Source of the DNA: Centroscyllium fabricii
Taxonomy: Eukaryota
DNA length: 64,000 nt
Assembly (NCBI GenBank): GCA_051313645.2
Contig: JBNRSN020000005.1
Location: 169,818,001 to 169,882,000, forward strand
Direction of reading: 5' to 3'
Within the stretch, counting starts at the first letter, position 1. Every line of letters begins with the position of its first letter. The notes under the pieces were generated by a model. That model was not told where the DNA came from. It searched no databases and saw only the letters and a program-made list of their open reading frames with translations. Shown one piece after another: positions 63,353 through 64,000 of this stretch. A program made the position numbers and the translations under genes.

Positions 63353-63589
63353 CATATACAGAGCGCCACATACAAGAGAGATAGCCGTGCACACATGCAG
63401 GGGTAGAGAAATTCCTGCTGCTCCTGTCTCCATAGAAATGAAACTATTGAAAAGTTTTCTTACTTTTTCTTTGCGCAACCAGCAGCAGCCCACAGTATTT
63501 TTGTGGAAGGAGAAGGAGTGGCCTCCAGCGGCTCTTTAAGAGCCACTGGTTAGGCTGCTCAACACCCGGAACATGTGGCTTGCAAGCTC

Positions 63590-64000
63590 CGCTGATCTGA
63601 TGGTGAAGGCACGAAAGGCAGCCGGTCCAGATGGAGTTCCACCCCGCGTCTTCAAGACATGTGCAGACCAGCTGGCTCCTGTGTTCACAGACATCTTTAA
63701 CATCTCACTGCAGCAGTCTGTCGTGCCAGTGTGCTTCAAGGAGACAACCATTGTGCCATTACCAAAGAAGACCAAGGTAACAGGTCTCAATGACTATCGA
63801 CCGGTAGCTCTAACATCCATAGCTATGAAGTGCCTGGAAAAGCTGGTCATGACACACATAAACAGCATCATCCCCGAGTCCTTGGATCCGTTCCAGTTCG
63901 CATACAGGGCGAACAGGTCTGTGGACAACGCCATCTCCCTAACACTGCACACTGTCCTAGAACACCTAGATAGAAGGGAGACCTATGTCAGAATGTTGTT
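63590..64000 (+). mobile_element. Second, divergent Rex1/Babar LINE running off the window
   Basis: [64 protein letters not shown]. Confidence 0.88.

Overview
Vertebrate genomic DNA, most likely a shark or other elasmobranch (inferred from HE1/V-SINE-, SacSINE1/Deu-, Meta- and LF-SINE-like repeats, plus CR1, L2, Rex1 and Penelope-like elements). Two tandem BTB-zinc-finger genes lie on the minus strand. (1) GZF1/ZBTB23: CpG-island first exon near 23.7-23.9 kb, large BTB+ZF exon 7733-9187, 95-nt exon 5193-5287; the remaining exons are not in the window. (2) A GZF1 paralog with a complete 6-exon CDS (59411 to 33243; 2925 nt, 974 aa). It has 15 C2H2 fingers instead of 10 because the ZF1-5 block is duplicated on a frame-symmetric 978-nt exon. 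The rest is intron/intergenic sequence rich in transposons, many with readable TIRs and TSDs, including nested insertions. Other notable items: a hATm-like element with a transposase remnant, a deleted Gypsy LTR element ~0.5 kb upstream of the GZF1 promoter, minimal hammerhead-ribozyme motifs in Penelope termini, a 93-bp-arm hairpin in a GZF1 intron, a templated inverted duplication, and a G-rich satellite spanning a 200-N gap. No prokaryotic-type system is present. Repeat-family names come from recalled consensus motifs, not database searches; boundaries given without TSDs are approximate.
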